DNA from: an uncultured Bacteroidota bacterium
GTDB lineage: Bacteria > Bacteroidota > Ignavibacteria > Kryptoniales > JAKASW01
DNA length: 64,000 bases
Assembly (NCBI GenBank): GCA_963806435.1
Contig: CAWEBD010000157.1
Coordinates: forward strand, 26,809-90,808
Reading direction: 5' to 3'
Part shown: piece by piece, positions 52,963 to 61,839 of the stretch
Numbering within the stretch: position 1 is the stretch's first letter
Layout of the letters: each line of letters starts with the position of its first letter
The notes under the pieces: generated by a model
Database searches by the model: none
What the model saw: the letters and a program-made list of their open reading frames with translations, nothing else
What the model was told of the DNA's origin: nothing
Made by a program: the position numbers and the translations under genes

Positions 52963-54294
52963 ATGAGCAATAATATGATAGTGGCGCTCGATATCGGCAC
53001 CACAAAAGTCTGCGCGCTGGTCGTCGAAAGTGACCAGAACGGCAAGCTGAACGTTCTGGGGATCGGGACGAGCAAGTCCGGCGGCATGAGCCGCGGCGTC
53101 GTGGCGAACATCGACAGGACGGTCAAGTCGATACAGGAAGCCGTGCAGATTGCCGAATCGAAGCCCGGTACGAAGATAAAGAGCGCGATTGTCGGAATTG
53201 CCGGCGAGCATATAGACAGTTTCAAGACGAACAGCATAATAACCATCAGCAACGCGGAGCATGAGATAACCGAGAGCGATATCGACCGGCTGATAGAAGA
53301 CGCGAAGCGGGTGCATCTCTCGAGAGACAGGGAAATCATTCATATCATCCCGCAGGAATTCATCATCGACGGCCAGACGGTGACGCACGATCCGATCGGC
53401 ATGGCGGGCGTGCGTGTCGAAGCCTCGATGCATGTCGTGACCGGTCTCATCACCGCGGCGCAGAACATACACAAGTGCGTCGAGAGGGCCGGGCTGAAAG
53501 TTCAAGAGCTCGTGCTCCAGCCACTCGCATCGAGTTACTCCGTGTTGACGGAGGACGAGAAGGAAGTCGGCGTCGCGCTGCTGGATATCGGGGGAGGCAC
53601 GACCGACCTCGCGGTGTTTGAAGACCGGACGATCCGCCACACGGCGGTTATCCCCATCGCGGGAGACCACATAACGACGGACATCCGCAAAGGGCTGGGA
53701 ATTCTTCCCGAGCAGGCGGAAGAGCTGAAGGTAAACCACGGCTACGCGATGGTGTCCGAGGTCGTGGACGACGAGCCTATACTTATTCCCGGGATCGGCG
53801 GAAGAAAGCCGATCGAGATCAACAAGAAGCTGCTGGCGCAGATCATCCAGCCGCGCGTTGAGGAGTTGCTCGACATCGTGGCTATGGAGATCAAGCGTTC
53901 CGGGTACTCGCGGCACTTGTCGGCGGGAATAGTCCTGACGGGGGGCGGCGCGCTGCTGAAAGGAATGCCGGAGCTCGTCGAATACGTCCTCGGCGTCCCG
54001 GCGAAGATTGGAATACCGCAGACATTCGACGGCGGTTTCGCGCGCGAGGTCGAGAACCCGATCTATGCTACCGTGGTTGGACTCGTTCGGTACGGGCTAA
54101 AGCGCGGGGCGGGCAAGTCGACGATAGAATTTGCAGAGCGTTCGCAGGTGAGCGATGAGGAAACCGGGAAAGCGTCCCCGAAGAACGGGAAGGACGAAAA
54201 GAATTCGTCACCGCAGAAACACGACCCGTTCGGAATAGGAAAGGGAGTGCAGTTCCTGAAAAAGTTTATTAACAAAAATATCGACAATGTCTAA
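52963..54294 (+). CDS. ftsA: cell division protein FtsA
   Basis: ALDIGTTKVCALV, DIGGGTTD, and a C-terminal amphipathic helix. Confidence 0.95.
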   Translation: MSNNMIVALDIGTTKVCALVVESDQNGKLNVLGIGTSKSGGMSRGVVANIDRTVKSIQEAVQIAESKPGTKIKSAIVGIAGEHIDSFKTNSIITISNAEHEITESDIDRLIEDAKRVHLSRDREIIHIIPQEFIIDGQTVTHDPIGMAGVRVEASMHVVTGLITAAQNIHKCVERAGLKVQELVLQPLASSYSVLTEDEKEVGVALLDIGGGTTDLAVFEDRTIRHTAVIPIAGDHITTDIRKGLGILPEQAEELKVNHGYAMVSEVVDDEPILIPGIGGRKPIEINKKLLAQIIQPRVEELLDIVAMEIKRSGYSRHLSAGIVLTGGGALLKGMPELVEYVLGVPAKIGIPQTFDGGFAREVENPIYATVVGLVRYGLKRGAGKSTIEFAERSQVSDEETGKASPKNGKDEKNSSPQKHDPFGIGKGVQFLKKFINKNIDNV

Positions 54295-54311
54295 AAAGGA
54301 GGCATAACAAC

Positions 54312-55553
54312 GTGTTCGAACTAGACACAGACAAACAGGGCCCGCGGATAAGAGTAGTGGGCATTGGCGGATGCGGCGGGAACGCCATAAACAGCATCGC
54401 CAAGCGAGGTATCCACGGTGTCGATCTGATTTCGATGAACACCGATATGCAAGACCTGGAGAGGAGTGTCGCGCCGAATAAGATCCAGATCGGCAAGAGC
54501 ACGACCCGGGGGCTCGGGGCGGGCGCTAATCCCGAGACCGGGAGGCGTGCCGCCATCGAAGCGCGCGAGGAAATATACCGTGCGCTCAAAGACAGCGACA
54601 TGGTGTTCATAACCGCCGGGATGGGCGGTGGAACCGGCACGGGAGCGGCTCCTATAGTCGCCAGCATCCTGAAGGGCGTAGACCGCGACGAGGTGAAGAA
54701 GGACGGTCAGGAGGAGCAGGCCCCGCTCATTGTAGCCGTCGTCACAAAACCATTTGTGAACGAGGCCAAGGAGCGGATGCGAAACGCGGACGCGGGAATC
54801 GAAGAGCTTAAGAAATACGTCGACGCGTTGATCGTTATCCCGAACGAGAAGCTGCTCACTATATCCGACAAGTCCGCCGGCTACCTGGCGTCGCTGCAGA
54901 AGATTTACGACGTGCTGTACGACGCGATCCGCGGAATATCCGAAATCATAACGAAACCCGGGTTCGTCAATGTCGATTTCGCTGACGTGAGAACCGTCCT
55001 TGCCTCCAGGGGCGACGCGATAATCGGAACCGGGATCGCGGGCGGCGACAGGCGCGCTGCCGAAGCGGCATCGGCCGCCATTTCCAATCCTCTTCTTGAG
55101 GAAGTTTCTCTCGAACGGGTCGAGGGAATCCTGGTCAGCATTACGGCAGGCACAAGCTTCGGCCTGCACGAATACGACGAGATCGTCAAAACGGTCCGTG
55201 GCGTCGCGAAGAACGGTGACGAGGAGACCAAGGTGATCGTCGGCGTGTCAATAGATGAGAAGATGGAGAAAGACGTGATCGTTACGGTCATCGCGGCAGG
55301 ATTGAATTCACGTCCGCAGCCGATGCCTAATCCAACTCCCGACCCGCGGAAGAGGTTTACGCTTAAAGACAAAGAGAAGTCCAAAGACCAGTCGTGGAGC
55401 ATAAAGGACTGGCGTTCGTTCGACGAACCGACATTCGAGCGAAACGGGATAAATATCCACCTCAACAAGCTCGACGATGCGGAAGCGCCGGATGAAGCCC
55501 CCGCTCCCAAACCGGGTGAAAGACCCGCCTTTTTGAGAAAGGTCATGGACTGA
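54312..55553 (+). CDS. ftsZ: cell division protein FtsZ
   Basis: GGGTGTGAAP and the C-terminal peptide ERPAFLRKVMD. GTG start. Confidence 0.95.
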   Translation: MFELDTDKQGPRIRVVGIGGCGGNAINSIAKRGIHGVDLISMNTDMQDLERSVAPNKIQIGKSTTRGLGAGANPETGRRAAIEAREEIYRALKDSDMVFITAGMGGGTGTGAAPIVASILKGVDRDEVKKDGQEEQAPLIVAVVTKPFVNEAKERMRNADAGIEELKKYVDALIVIPNEKLLTISDKSAGYLASLQKIYDVLYDAIRGISEIITKPGFVNVDFADVRTVLASRGDAIIGTGIAGGDRRAAEAASAAISNPLLEEVSLERVEGILVSITAGTSFGLHEYDEIVKTVRGVAKNGDEETKVIVGVSIDEKMEKDVIVTVIAAGLNSRPQPMPNPTPDPRKRFTLKDKEKSKDQSWSIKDWRSFDEPTFERNGINIHLNKLDDAEAPDEAPAPKPGERPAFLRKVMD

Positions 55554-55583
55554 TATACTTAAAAACAGGATTGGATTAATCGA

Positions 55584-56318
55584 ATGGAAGCTTTAAACTC
55601 TGTTACCGACATAAGGAAACTCTTTGCGATGGAAAAGCGTGAGCTCAACATAATGATGGTCGAGGACGACCCGGATATACCGAAACTGGCGCGCCTGTAC
55701 CTCAAACCATACAAAGACGCGGAGTTCAACCTTGTCTGGGTCGAGACCGGTGAGGATGCGCTCAAGTTTCTACAGGACAGCCAGAACCTCGATATCATAC
55801 TGGTCGACTACCAGCTCCCCGGAATGAACGGGCTCGAGACGACTCGCATGATCCGAGACAAAGGTATCAGGATTCCCATCGTATTCCTTACGAACGCTAT
55901 AGACTTCAAAATTGCGATCGAGGCTATGAAGCTCGACGTCGAGGACTATCTGTTGAAGGAAGAAGCGATCACGTCAATACTTCCGAGCATCATTCTGAAC
56001 GTCGTCGAGCGCGTAAGACTCCGCGAGAAACTGGCCGAAGCGGAGATGAACAAGGTCGCTCAGCGCGAGCGGATCGACGGAATAAAGAGCCTCATCGTGA
56101 CGATCTCGCACGAGTTGAACAACCCGCTCGCGGCACTCAAGCTCGCGATCAATGTCCTCCAACGAAAACAGATACCGCCGGATATTTTGAGCTACCTCGC
56201 CATCATGAAGGAAAACACTGAACGGATCGAAGGTGTTGTGGCGAAGCTCAGAGACCTGAAGGGCGACAAGGTCACGGCGTATATCGGCAACATAAAAATG
56301 ATAGATCTGTCTGAATGA
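55584..56318 (+). CDS. response-regulator receiver fused to a HisKA (DHp) domain, no ATPase domain
   Basis: REC (MMVEDDPD...ILVDYQLPGMNG) followed by the H-box ISHELNNPLAAL. The ORF ends about 70 aa after the His, with no HATPase_c motifs. Confidence 0.75.
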   Translation: MEALNSVTDIRKLFAMEKRELNIMMVEDDPDIPKLARLYLKPYKDAEFNLVWVETGEDALKFLQDSQNLDIILVDYQLPGMNGLETTRMIRDKGIRIPIVFLTNAIDFKIAIEAMKLDVEDYLLKEEAITSILPSIILNVVERVRLREKLAEAEMNKVAQRERIDGIKSLIVTISHELNNPLAALKLAINVLQRKQIPPDILSYLAIMKENTERIEGVVAKLRDLKGDKVTAYIGNIKMIDLSE

Positions 56319-56322
56319 ACGA

Positions 56323-57678
56323 ATGGCCGAGATACTGAATGCGCTTGTCGTCGACGATGAAAAAAACGTATCGGACCTTCTAAAGCTCCAGCTTGACGAC
56401 GTAGGATACTCGGTAGACGTAGCCAACGACGGCGCGGTAGGCATCAACAAGATCCAGGCGAAGCGGTACGACGTAATACTGCTCGACCTCAAGATGCCGC
56501 GGATAAACGGGTTAGAAGTCTTAAAATTCGCCAAAGAAAACCAACCGGATGCGCAGGTACTCATACTGACCGGATACGGCGACATCAAGACTGCCGTCGA
56601 CACGATCAAGATGGGCGCCTTCGATTTCATCACCAAGCCGTACAACTTCGACGAGCTCCTCGTTTCCCTGAAGAACGCGATGGAGATGCGCCGTCTTATC
56701 GTGGACAACAAGGTCATGAAGATGCAGCTCGGCGAAGGGAAATTCGAGCTAGTCGGGCAGAGTCCCGCCCTCCAGAAAGTCGTGGAAATCGCGCTGAAGG
56801 TCGCGCCGAGCGACGCGTCGGTTATGATCACCGGCCCGAGCGGATCCGGCAAAGAGCTGATAGCTCACCTGATACACGAGAACAGCGAGCGGGCGAAGAA
56901 GCCGTTCGTCGCTCTCAACTGCGCTTCGATCCCGGACACACTCATCGAGAGCGAGCTGTTCGGACATGAGAAGGGGGCGTTCACTGATGCGCATATACTG
57001 AAGCAGGGCCTTGCCGAGATTGCGGAAGGCGGTACACTCTTCCTCGACGAGGTCGGCGACATCAGTCACCTCGTACAGCCCAAGCTCCTGCGCTTCATAG
57101 AGACGGGAACCTTCCGCCGCGTCGGCGGGACCGTCGAGATGGGCGTGAACGTCCGCATACTCTCCGCGACGAACAAGGACCTCGAGCGTGAAGCGGAAGA
57201 GGGGAAGTTCCGTGAAGATTTACTTTACCGCCTGAACGTCGTCCACGTCGAAGTCCCGCCGCTGGGCCAGCGCAGGGAAGACATACCGCTCCTAGTGGAA
57301 CACTTCCTCCAGAAGAAGCAGCGCACGCACCGGGCGAAGAAGATATCTAAAGAGGCATTGAAGATGCTGACGGAGTACGACTGGCCCGGTAACATACGCG
57401 AGCTCGAGAACGTGATCGAGAGGGCGGCAATACTAGCGACGGGAGACGAGATAACTCCTGAATTCATCGCGCTTACATCGAAATCCAAATCGACCGATCT
57501 CCGCAGGATATCTACGCGCCTTTCGCTCGCGGAGCTCGAGAAGATACACATCGAGAATGTCCTGAAGGCTAACGGCTTCAACCGCAATAAGTCTGCGAAG
57601 GCTTTGGGTATAAGCCTTAAGACGCTTTACCTCAAGATCAAACACTACGATATAGAGACACCCGCCGGTAAGGGTTAA
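56323..57678 (+). CDS. sigma54-dependent response regulator (NtrC family)
   Basis: REC, an AAA+ domain (GPSGSGKE, GAFTDA variant of GAFTGA), and a C-terminal Fis-type HTH. Confidence 0.9.
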   Translation: MAEILNALVVDDEKNVSDLLKLQLDDVGYSVDVANDGAVGINKIQAKRYDVILLDLKMPRINGLEVLKFAKENQPDAQVLILTGYGDIKTAVDTIKMGAFDFITKPYNFDELLVSLKNAMEMRRLIVDNKVMKMQLGEGKFELVGQSPALQKVVEIALKVAPSDASVMITGPSGSGKELIAHLIHENSERAKKPFVALNCASIPDTLIESELFGHEKGAFTDAHILKQGLAEIAEGGTLFLDEVGDISHLVQPKLLRFIETGTFRRVGGTVEMGVNVRILSATNKDLEREAEEGKFREDLLYRLNVVHVEVPPLGQRREDIPLLVEHFLQKKQRTHRAKKISKEALKMLTEYDWPGNIRELENVIERAAILATGDEITPEFIALTSKSKSTDLRRISTRLSLAELEKIHIENVLKANGFNRNKSAKALGISLKTLYLKIKHYDIETPAGKG

Positions 57679-57687
57679 TTCCCCTAT

Positions 57688-58476
57688 CTACCTGAAATAA
57701 ACACTCAGCCCGAACATCACACTAGCTGGATAGAACTGCCAGGTATGTGAGCTGCCATGGCTCGAAGAGGTCGAAGGAACCAGTTTCCCGTTCCTTAGAA
57801 TATCGTAGGCGTAGCCGGAAGTGTAATTTGATTCGCTGTAGGTCAGGTTAAGCCCGTATTGCGCGTGGATTGACACAAACTTCCATACAAAACACTCGAC
57901 CCCTGCCATCGCGGACACGCCTGCGTTCCATGATGTAGAGTTTTGATTCGGACTGCTCGGATAGTCAATATATACTGTGGAGTCAGCCGGGACCGGAAGC
58001 GCAGGCGTATAATTGGTGTTGTACCTCGACCGTGAATAACCGATCGTCGGCCCCGCGCCGATATAGAAATTTACGTCCGCGTCCGGGTTTGGGTAATACA
58101 CGTACTGGAGGTTGACCTGGATGCTGCCGCCGTTAGAGGCACCCGTCTGTGAATTGCCATAAGTCAGTGTATCACCTAGGTTGTATTGAGTTGAACCGCT
58201 GGTGCTCTGATCTGAAAGTGACCCGCCGATGCCGAGTTGGATTGCCTCGTGGCTGTTAAGTTGTCGCTTGATTGACAGGGCAGAGCCCTGAAACGAGGTG
58301 AGCGAAAAGTTATAGCCGATTCCAAACTCCAGGGCCCAGGTGTCGGGCAGGAGAGAATTCCTTGGAGTACCGGAACTGTCCGGCCCGGATTCTCGAGCGA
58401 ATGCACTGCCATGGCTCAGAAAGAATGCGAAAGAGAACGCAAAAACAAAAGCGCAAAAAGACATCATCTTCTTCAT
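57688..58476 (-). CDS. outer-membrane beta-barrel protein
   Basis: Signal peptide MKKMMSFCAFVFAFSFAFFLSHGSAFA, alternating beta pattern, and aromatic-rich C-terminus ...FGLSVYFR. Confidence 0.65.
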   Translation of the reverse strand: MKKMMSFCAFVFAFSFAFFLSHGSAFARESGPDSSGTPRNSLLPDTWALEFGIGYNFSLTSFQGSALSIKRQLNSHEAIQLGIGGSLSDQSTSGSTQYNLGDTLTYGNSQTGASNGGSIQVNLQYVYYPNPDADVNFYIGAGPTIGYSRSRYNTNYTPALPVPADSTVYIDYPSSPNQNSTSWNAGVSAMAGVECFVWKFVSIHAQYGLNLTYSESNYTSGYAYDILRNGKLVPSTSSSHGSSHTWQFYPASVMFGLSVYFR

Positions 58477-58658
58477 ATTATCCCACCTTCCGACCCCGGT
58501 TTCCGTCATTAAGAGATGTTCCTCAGTGCCGGAACACCCGAAGTTCATTGGTTTTACATTATGTCCCCGTGTCAAACGACTTCGTGAATATACATGGGTT
58601 TCGCTGAAAATTCAAAGGTCAGAGGAAAGACTCGAATGGGCGACGGCTCATATCCGGA

Positions 58659-58793
58659 TCAAGGATGTGTTGGAAGCAGAACCGCTTCGCGGAAGTTATC
58701 GACGAAGGTGAGCGTGCGATCATTCTCCAGGCGTCCTATGGAAAGCCTAATCGCGTTCGATCCCACGTCAATAGCGGCTAGTGTTGTTGGCAT
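58659..58793 (-). pseudogene. N-terminal remnant of an exopolyphosphatase (Ppx/GppA family) gene
   Basis: My translation gives MPTTLAAIDVGSNAIRLSIGRLENDRTLTFVDNFREAVLLPTHP*, matching the Ppx/GppA phosphate-1 motif AAIDxGSNsxrL. It stops after 44 codons and no remainder of the gene follows. Confidence 0.5.
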
Positions 58794-58834
58794 CTCAGAA
58801 AAAAATAAGCCCTGCGGTACACTTAGTCAAACGA

Positions 58835-58845
58835 TGCCGCGGATA
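58835..58845. repeat. left copy of flanking direct repeat TGCCGCGGATA
   Basis: An identical 11-mer occurs at 60282-60292, on the other side of the IS. Confidence 0.7.
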
Positions 58846-58846
58846 G

Positions 58847-58875
58847 GCGTAACAATTCTCGGTTGGTAAAATTGG
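58847..58875 (+). repeat. IS left terminal inverted repeat
   Basis: GCGTAACAATTCTCGGTTGGTAAAATTGG versus the reverse complement of the right end, GCGTATCAATCTGCGGTTGGTGATTTTGG. Confidence 0.7.
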
Positions 58876-58942
58876 CATAAGTTGCTGAAATGATTGGAGA
58901 TGCCGAGATTATCCGGTTCACGAACCGGATAACGGAGGCATT

Positions 58943-59224
58943 TTGAAAAGAGAACCGAGAAAGAGACGCCGGATGAGATGTCCAAGTTGTGGAAGTCTTG
59001 AGACGATTCGATATGGAAAGAGGATGATCAGACCTGGGAGCATGGACGGCCACAGCAACCGCGAGGTACAGAAATACTGTTGCAAGAAGTGCAACGGGGT
59101 GTTCAGTCTCCGAGTGGATAAGGGAAAGAAGTGCCGCTCAATTATGATATATGGGAATGCGGCATGGCGCAAGGCGCTCATATGGATTCAATTTCAAGAC
59201 GGAGCTGGTGAAGATGCACGTTGA
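58943..59224 (+). CDS. IS ORF1: zinc-ribbon protein
   Basis: CPSCGS...CCKKCNG. TTG start at 58943 after GGAGG; an ATG at 58973 is an alternative. Confidence 0.6.
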   Translation: MKREPRKRRRMRCPSCGSLETIRYGKRMIRPGSMDGHSNREVQKYCCKKCNGVFSLRVDKGKKCRSIMIYGNAAWRKALIWIQFQDGAGEDAR

Positions 59225-60272
59225 AGAGAGGATGAGCTATCGGGTAATGTCAAAGAGACTGAAGGAGAAATTCGGTCTGAGTATAACGCCATGGTATCTG
59301 TGCAAGATGGTCAACGAGGTGGCACAGATGAGCAAAAGCAGCATCGAGATAACTCGCCAGTTCAACCCGGTCTGGGACGGATTCCTCGCGGTCGACGATA
59401 AGTACATCAGAGTCCGCGGGAAAAGATATCTATGCTTGGTGGCGGTAGACACCACAGGCGATCCGGTTCACCTGGAGCTCATCGAGGAACCGAACCAGGA
59501 GGCATACGATAACTTCTTCAGATATCTGGTGGATCACATCGGCTACAGGGTCCGGGCAATAACAACGGACTTGGATCCTATGCTGGACAATGCAGTGAAA
59601 AGCGTGTTTGGCGGCCAGATTTTGCACCAAAAGTGCATCTGGCACGCCTTGGAGATCGTCAAGGGGCACATAGACTATCAGAAAATCCGTCAGAACTATC
59701 TGCGGCTCAGAAAGAAGTGCGACAATCTCTCCGCCAGCTTGGAAGAAAAGAAGACATACTACCACTCAACCCTTGAGAAGCTTCAGAGTATGAAGTCGGA
59801 CTTGGCACTTCTCGAGGAAGAATATTTGGCGAAGGAAAAAGTCCTCACCGATATCCGTGAGATCTTCAAGAACAACACCAACAGCGAGGTCACTAAGGAG
59901 CTCAAGGTTATCAAAAGACGCTATAGGACCAAGTACCCGAAGGTCGTCTCCTTCCTGACTGACAATCTGGACGGGCTTACCACCTACACCATCAATCAAC
60001 GTATACCGAAAACAAACATCATGGCCGAGAACTTCAACAGGCAACTTCAGAGGAGACTCAAGACCATTGAGGCCTTCCAGACCTTCTCCACAGCTTTCAA
60101 CTATCTCAACATGATCAGAAATTACCTTCGCTTTAAACCCTTCACCGACTGCAAAAGAGAAAGGAGATATCGAAACGGTTTCGCTCCAATCGAGTTGTGC
60201 AAAGTCAAATTGGCCTCTCGCGATTGGATTAAAAACTCCATAAATTTACCAAAATCACCAACCGCAGATTGA
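59151..60272 (+). CDS. IS ORF2: DDE-type transposase
   Basis: HTH-like N-terminus, then AVDDKYIRVRGKRYLCLVAVD...AITTDLDPML...HQKCIWHAL. Lies in the +1 frame relative to ORF1, with a 74-nt overlap. Confidence 0.8.
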   Translation: MGMRHGARRSYGFNFKTELVKMHVEERMSYRVMSKRLKEKFGLSITPWYLCKMVNEVAQMSKSSIEITRQFNPVWDGFLAVDDKYIRVRGKRYLCLVAVDTTGDPVHLELIEEPNQEAYDNFFRYLVDHIGYRVRAITTDLDPMLDNAVKSVFGGQILHQKCIWHALEIVKGHIDYQKIRQNYLRLRKKCDNLSASLEEKKTYYHSTLEKLQSMKSDLALLEEEYLAKEKVLTDIREIFKNNTNSEVTKELKVIKRRYRTKYPKVVSFLTDNLDGLTTYTINQRIPKTNIMAENFNRQLQRRLKTIEAFQTFSTAFNYLNMIRNYLRFKPFTDCKRERRYRNGFAPIELCKVKLASRDWIKNSINLPKSPTAD

Positions 60273-60277
60273 TACGC
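60249..60277 (-). repeat. IS right terminal inverted repeat
   Basis: See the left inverted repeat. Confidence 0.7.
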
Positions 60278-60281
60278 TTAC

Positions 60282-60292
60282 TGCCGCGGATA
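60282..60292. repeat. right copy of flanking direct repeat TGCCGCGGATA
   Basis: Identical to 58835-58845. Also forms half of the hairpin GCCGCGG-atac-CCGCGGC. Confidence 0.7.
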
Positions 60293-60300
60293 CCCGCGGC
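60283..60300 (-). terminator. GC hairpin immediately downstream of the TPR gene
   Basis: GCCGCGG/CCGCGGC 7-bp stem, 3 nt after the stop codon. No clear U tract. Confidence 0.3.
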
Positions 60301-60303
60301 ATG

Positions 60304-61311
60304 TTACCGTATTCCCAACCCGTCGAGACGTTCCCGCGCGCGGTGGACAAGTTCGGGCCGGCTTCCCGCGTTCACAACCCATTGGTATTCCCTTGCGGCA
60401 TTGCGGAAATCGTTTGCCCGCTCGTAGAGCCCCCCGAGCGCGAAGTGTGCCGACACGGAGAGCGGAGGCGTTATATTACGATCGATCATCTCGTTACACG
60501 TCAGAATCGCTTCGTTTAACTTGCCGGATTTCTCGTAACAGGAAGCCAGGCGGAGATAAATCTTTCCGAGGTACATCGAGTCCGCCGGGGTGAGGTGGAG
60601 AATTTCCGACGCCCTGATCGCGTTCCTGCATTCCAGCGCCTCCTGGTCGTAGCATTGCGCATCCATCAATACCCAGGTAAGCTTGTCATAGTAGTGAAGT
60701 GCCGCGTCGGGGAATTCAGAGATTAGCCTGTGATACATGATCCTGACAGAATCGGGCTTGTCCTCTCTCCCGTAGAACTCGCCGAGGATGTCTTCAGCCT
60801 CGTATCTCACGAGAGATCCCTTCTCGCGCACGAGATAGAGATATTCGTACGCCTTCTCCTTCGATCCGCTCTTGCCGAGAATGAAGAGAAGCGGCCTGAG
60901 GTACCACGGGAGGAAGCCGGTGTAGTAGTTGAACAAGGCGAGACTGAAATATGCATCGTAGCGATCAGGGCATAGTTCAAGCAGCTCCTTGTGATATGTA
61001 AGTCCCTTGCTGCCGTCAGACGCGGCCTTGAACTCGTTGCCTTTTGCTGCATCGAGTTTTGCGAGATAACCAAGGGCGAAACCTGTATAGAACAGGGCGA
61101 CAGTGTCTCGTGGATTTTTTGCCAGGATACTCTCACCCCTCTCAATCACTGCCGACAGCGATTCCATGAACCGGCTCTCAACTTCGCGGGCATCGACCAT
61201 CGCGCTGTCCAGGTAGATCATCTCCTGCCAGAGGACGACGGAGCGGAAGAACTCCCACTTGAGTGAGTCCGGCTCTGCTTCGGCGAAACTCGCTAAACTG
61301 TCCATCGCCAC
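60304..61311 (-). CDS. tetratricopeptide repeat protein
   Basis: Repeated TPR-like helices (ALFYTGFALGYLAKLD, AHFALGGLYERANDFRNAAREY). The frame stays open upstream and encodes a signal-peptide-like segment that has no canonical start codon. Confidence 0.75.
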   Translation of the reverse strand: MAMDSLASFAEAEPDSLKWEFFRSVVLWQEMIYLDSAMVDAREVESRFMESLSAVIERGESILAKNPRDTVALFYTGFALGYLAKLDAAKGNEFKAASDGSKGLTYHKELLELCPDRYDAYFSLALFNYYTGFLPWYLRPLLFILGKSGSKEKAYEYLYLVREKGSLVRYEAEDILGEFYGREDKPDSVRIMYHRLISEFPDAALHYYDKLTWVLMDAQCYDQEALECRNAIRASEILHLTPADSMYLGKIYLRLASCYEKSGKLNEAILTCNEMIDRNITPPLSVSAHFALGGLYERANDFRNAAREYQWVVNAGSRPELVHRARERLDGLGIR

Positions 61312-61475
61312 ATGGAACCGGCAGTCATAAGTCAGTCTTACGATTTCTTCCGTGTGGGAACCTGCGAGTCTGGTGCGGTGTGCAAGTGCAGGGGCCGGCA
61401 GGAGGAGCGCCGCGAGAGCGAGGAATGACAGAATCTGCAGCGAGGAGAAGTTGTCACCCCGACCCGTAGCACTGT

Positions 61476-61757
61476 TTAAGATTTCTGGTGTCTCCTGACG
61501 CGGCTCCAGGGGAACGGTATTTCAGATTCGACAACTTTGCCGAAGTCCGCGCAGCAGAAGTCGGTGATTTCCCAGTTTGAATCGTCGTAATCTATGTTTA
61601 CCAGCATTGTTGCGTAAGCGCTGGTCCCGTGGTTAGGGCAGCCAAGCGATGTCAGCGCGCCGTTCAATACATCCCTGAAACGCTCGAACATCGGAGGCTG
61701 CAAACCGGTGTTCGGGTCGACATAATTCTTGCCGTCTTTGAAAATGAGTTTGACCAT
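61476..61757 (-). CDS. small Cys/His protein, paralogue 1 of 3 (93 aa)
   Basis: ATG at 61757 preceded by GGGAGGAGAC. Shares the C40-x2-H43...W62-E63...C68-C69 motif with the two upstream ORFs. Confidence 0.65.
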   Translation of the reverse strand: MVKLIFKDGKNYVDPNTGLQPPMFERFRDVLNGALTSLGCPNHGTSAYATMLVNIDYDDSNWEITDFCCADFGKVVESEIPFPWSRVRRHQKS

Positions 61758-61839
61758 GTCTCCTCCCTGTTTCCTCAATTCGGTCTTTCAAGTTATCTCG
61801 GGGAGTTTAACTTTGAGTTCAGTTCATGTTATTTTCTTG

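Larger units (their letters stand above)
58846..60281 (+). mobile_element. insertion sequence (about 1.44 kb), family not assigned
   Basis: Imperfect terminal inverted repeats (22 of 29 by hand), 11-bp flanking direct repeats, a zinc-ribbon ORF plus a DDE-type transposase ORF, and a perfect 10-bp hairpin at 58909-58932 just before the ribosome-binding site. Confidence 0.8.

Noticed and set aside
52759-56852. Three long minus-strand ORFs (52759-53916, 54321-55169, 55974-56852)
   Set aside because: Each is antisense to ftsA, ftsZ, or the REC-HisKA and NtrC genes. None has a motif, and the plus-strand genes are unambiguous.
61476-61520. Programmed -1 frameshift fusing small paralogue 1 to the TPR protein
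   Set aside because: The TPR frame is -1 relative to the small gene and is open from about 61516. However, there is no X XXY YYZ slippery heptamer or downstream stimulatory structure that I can see.
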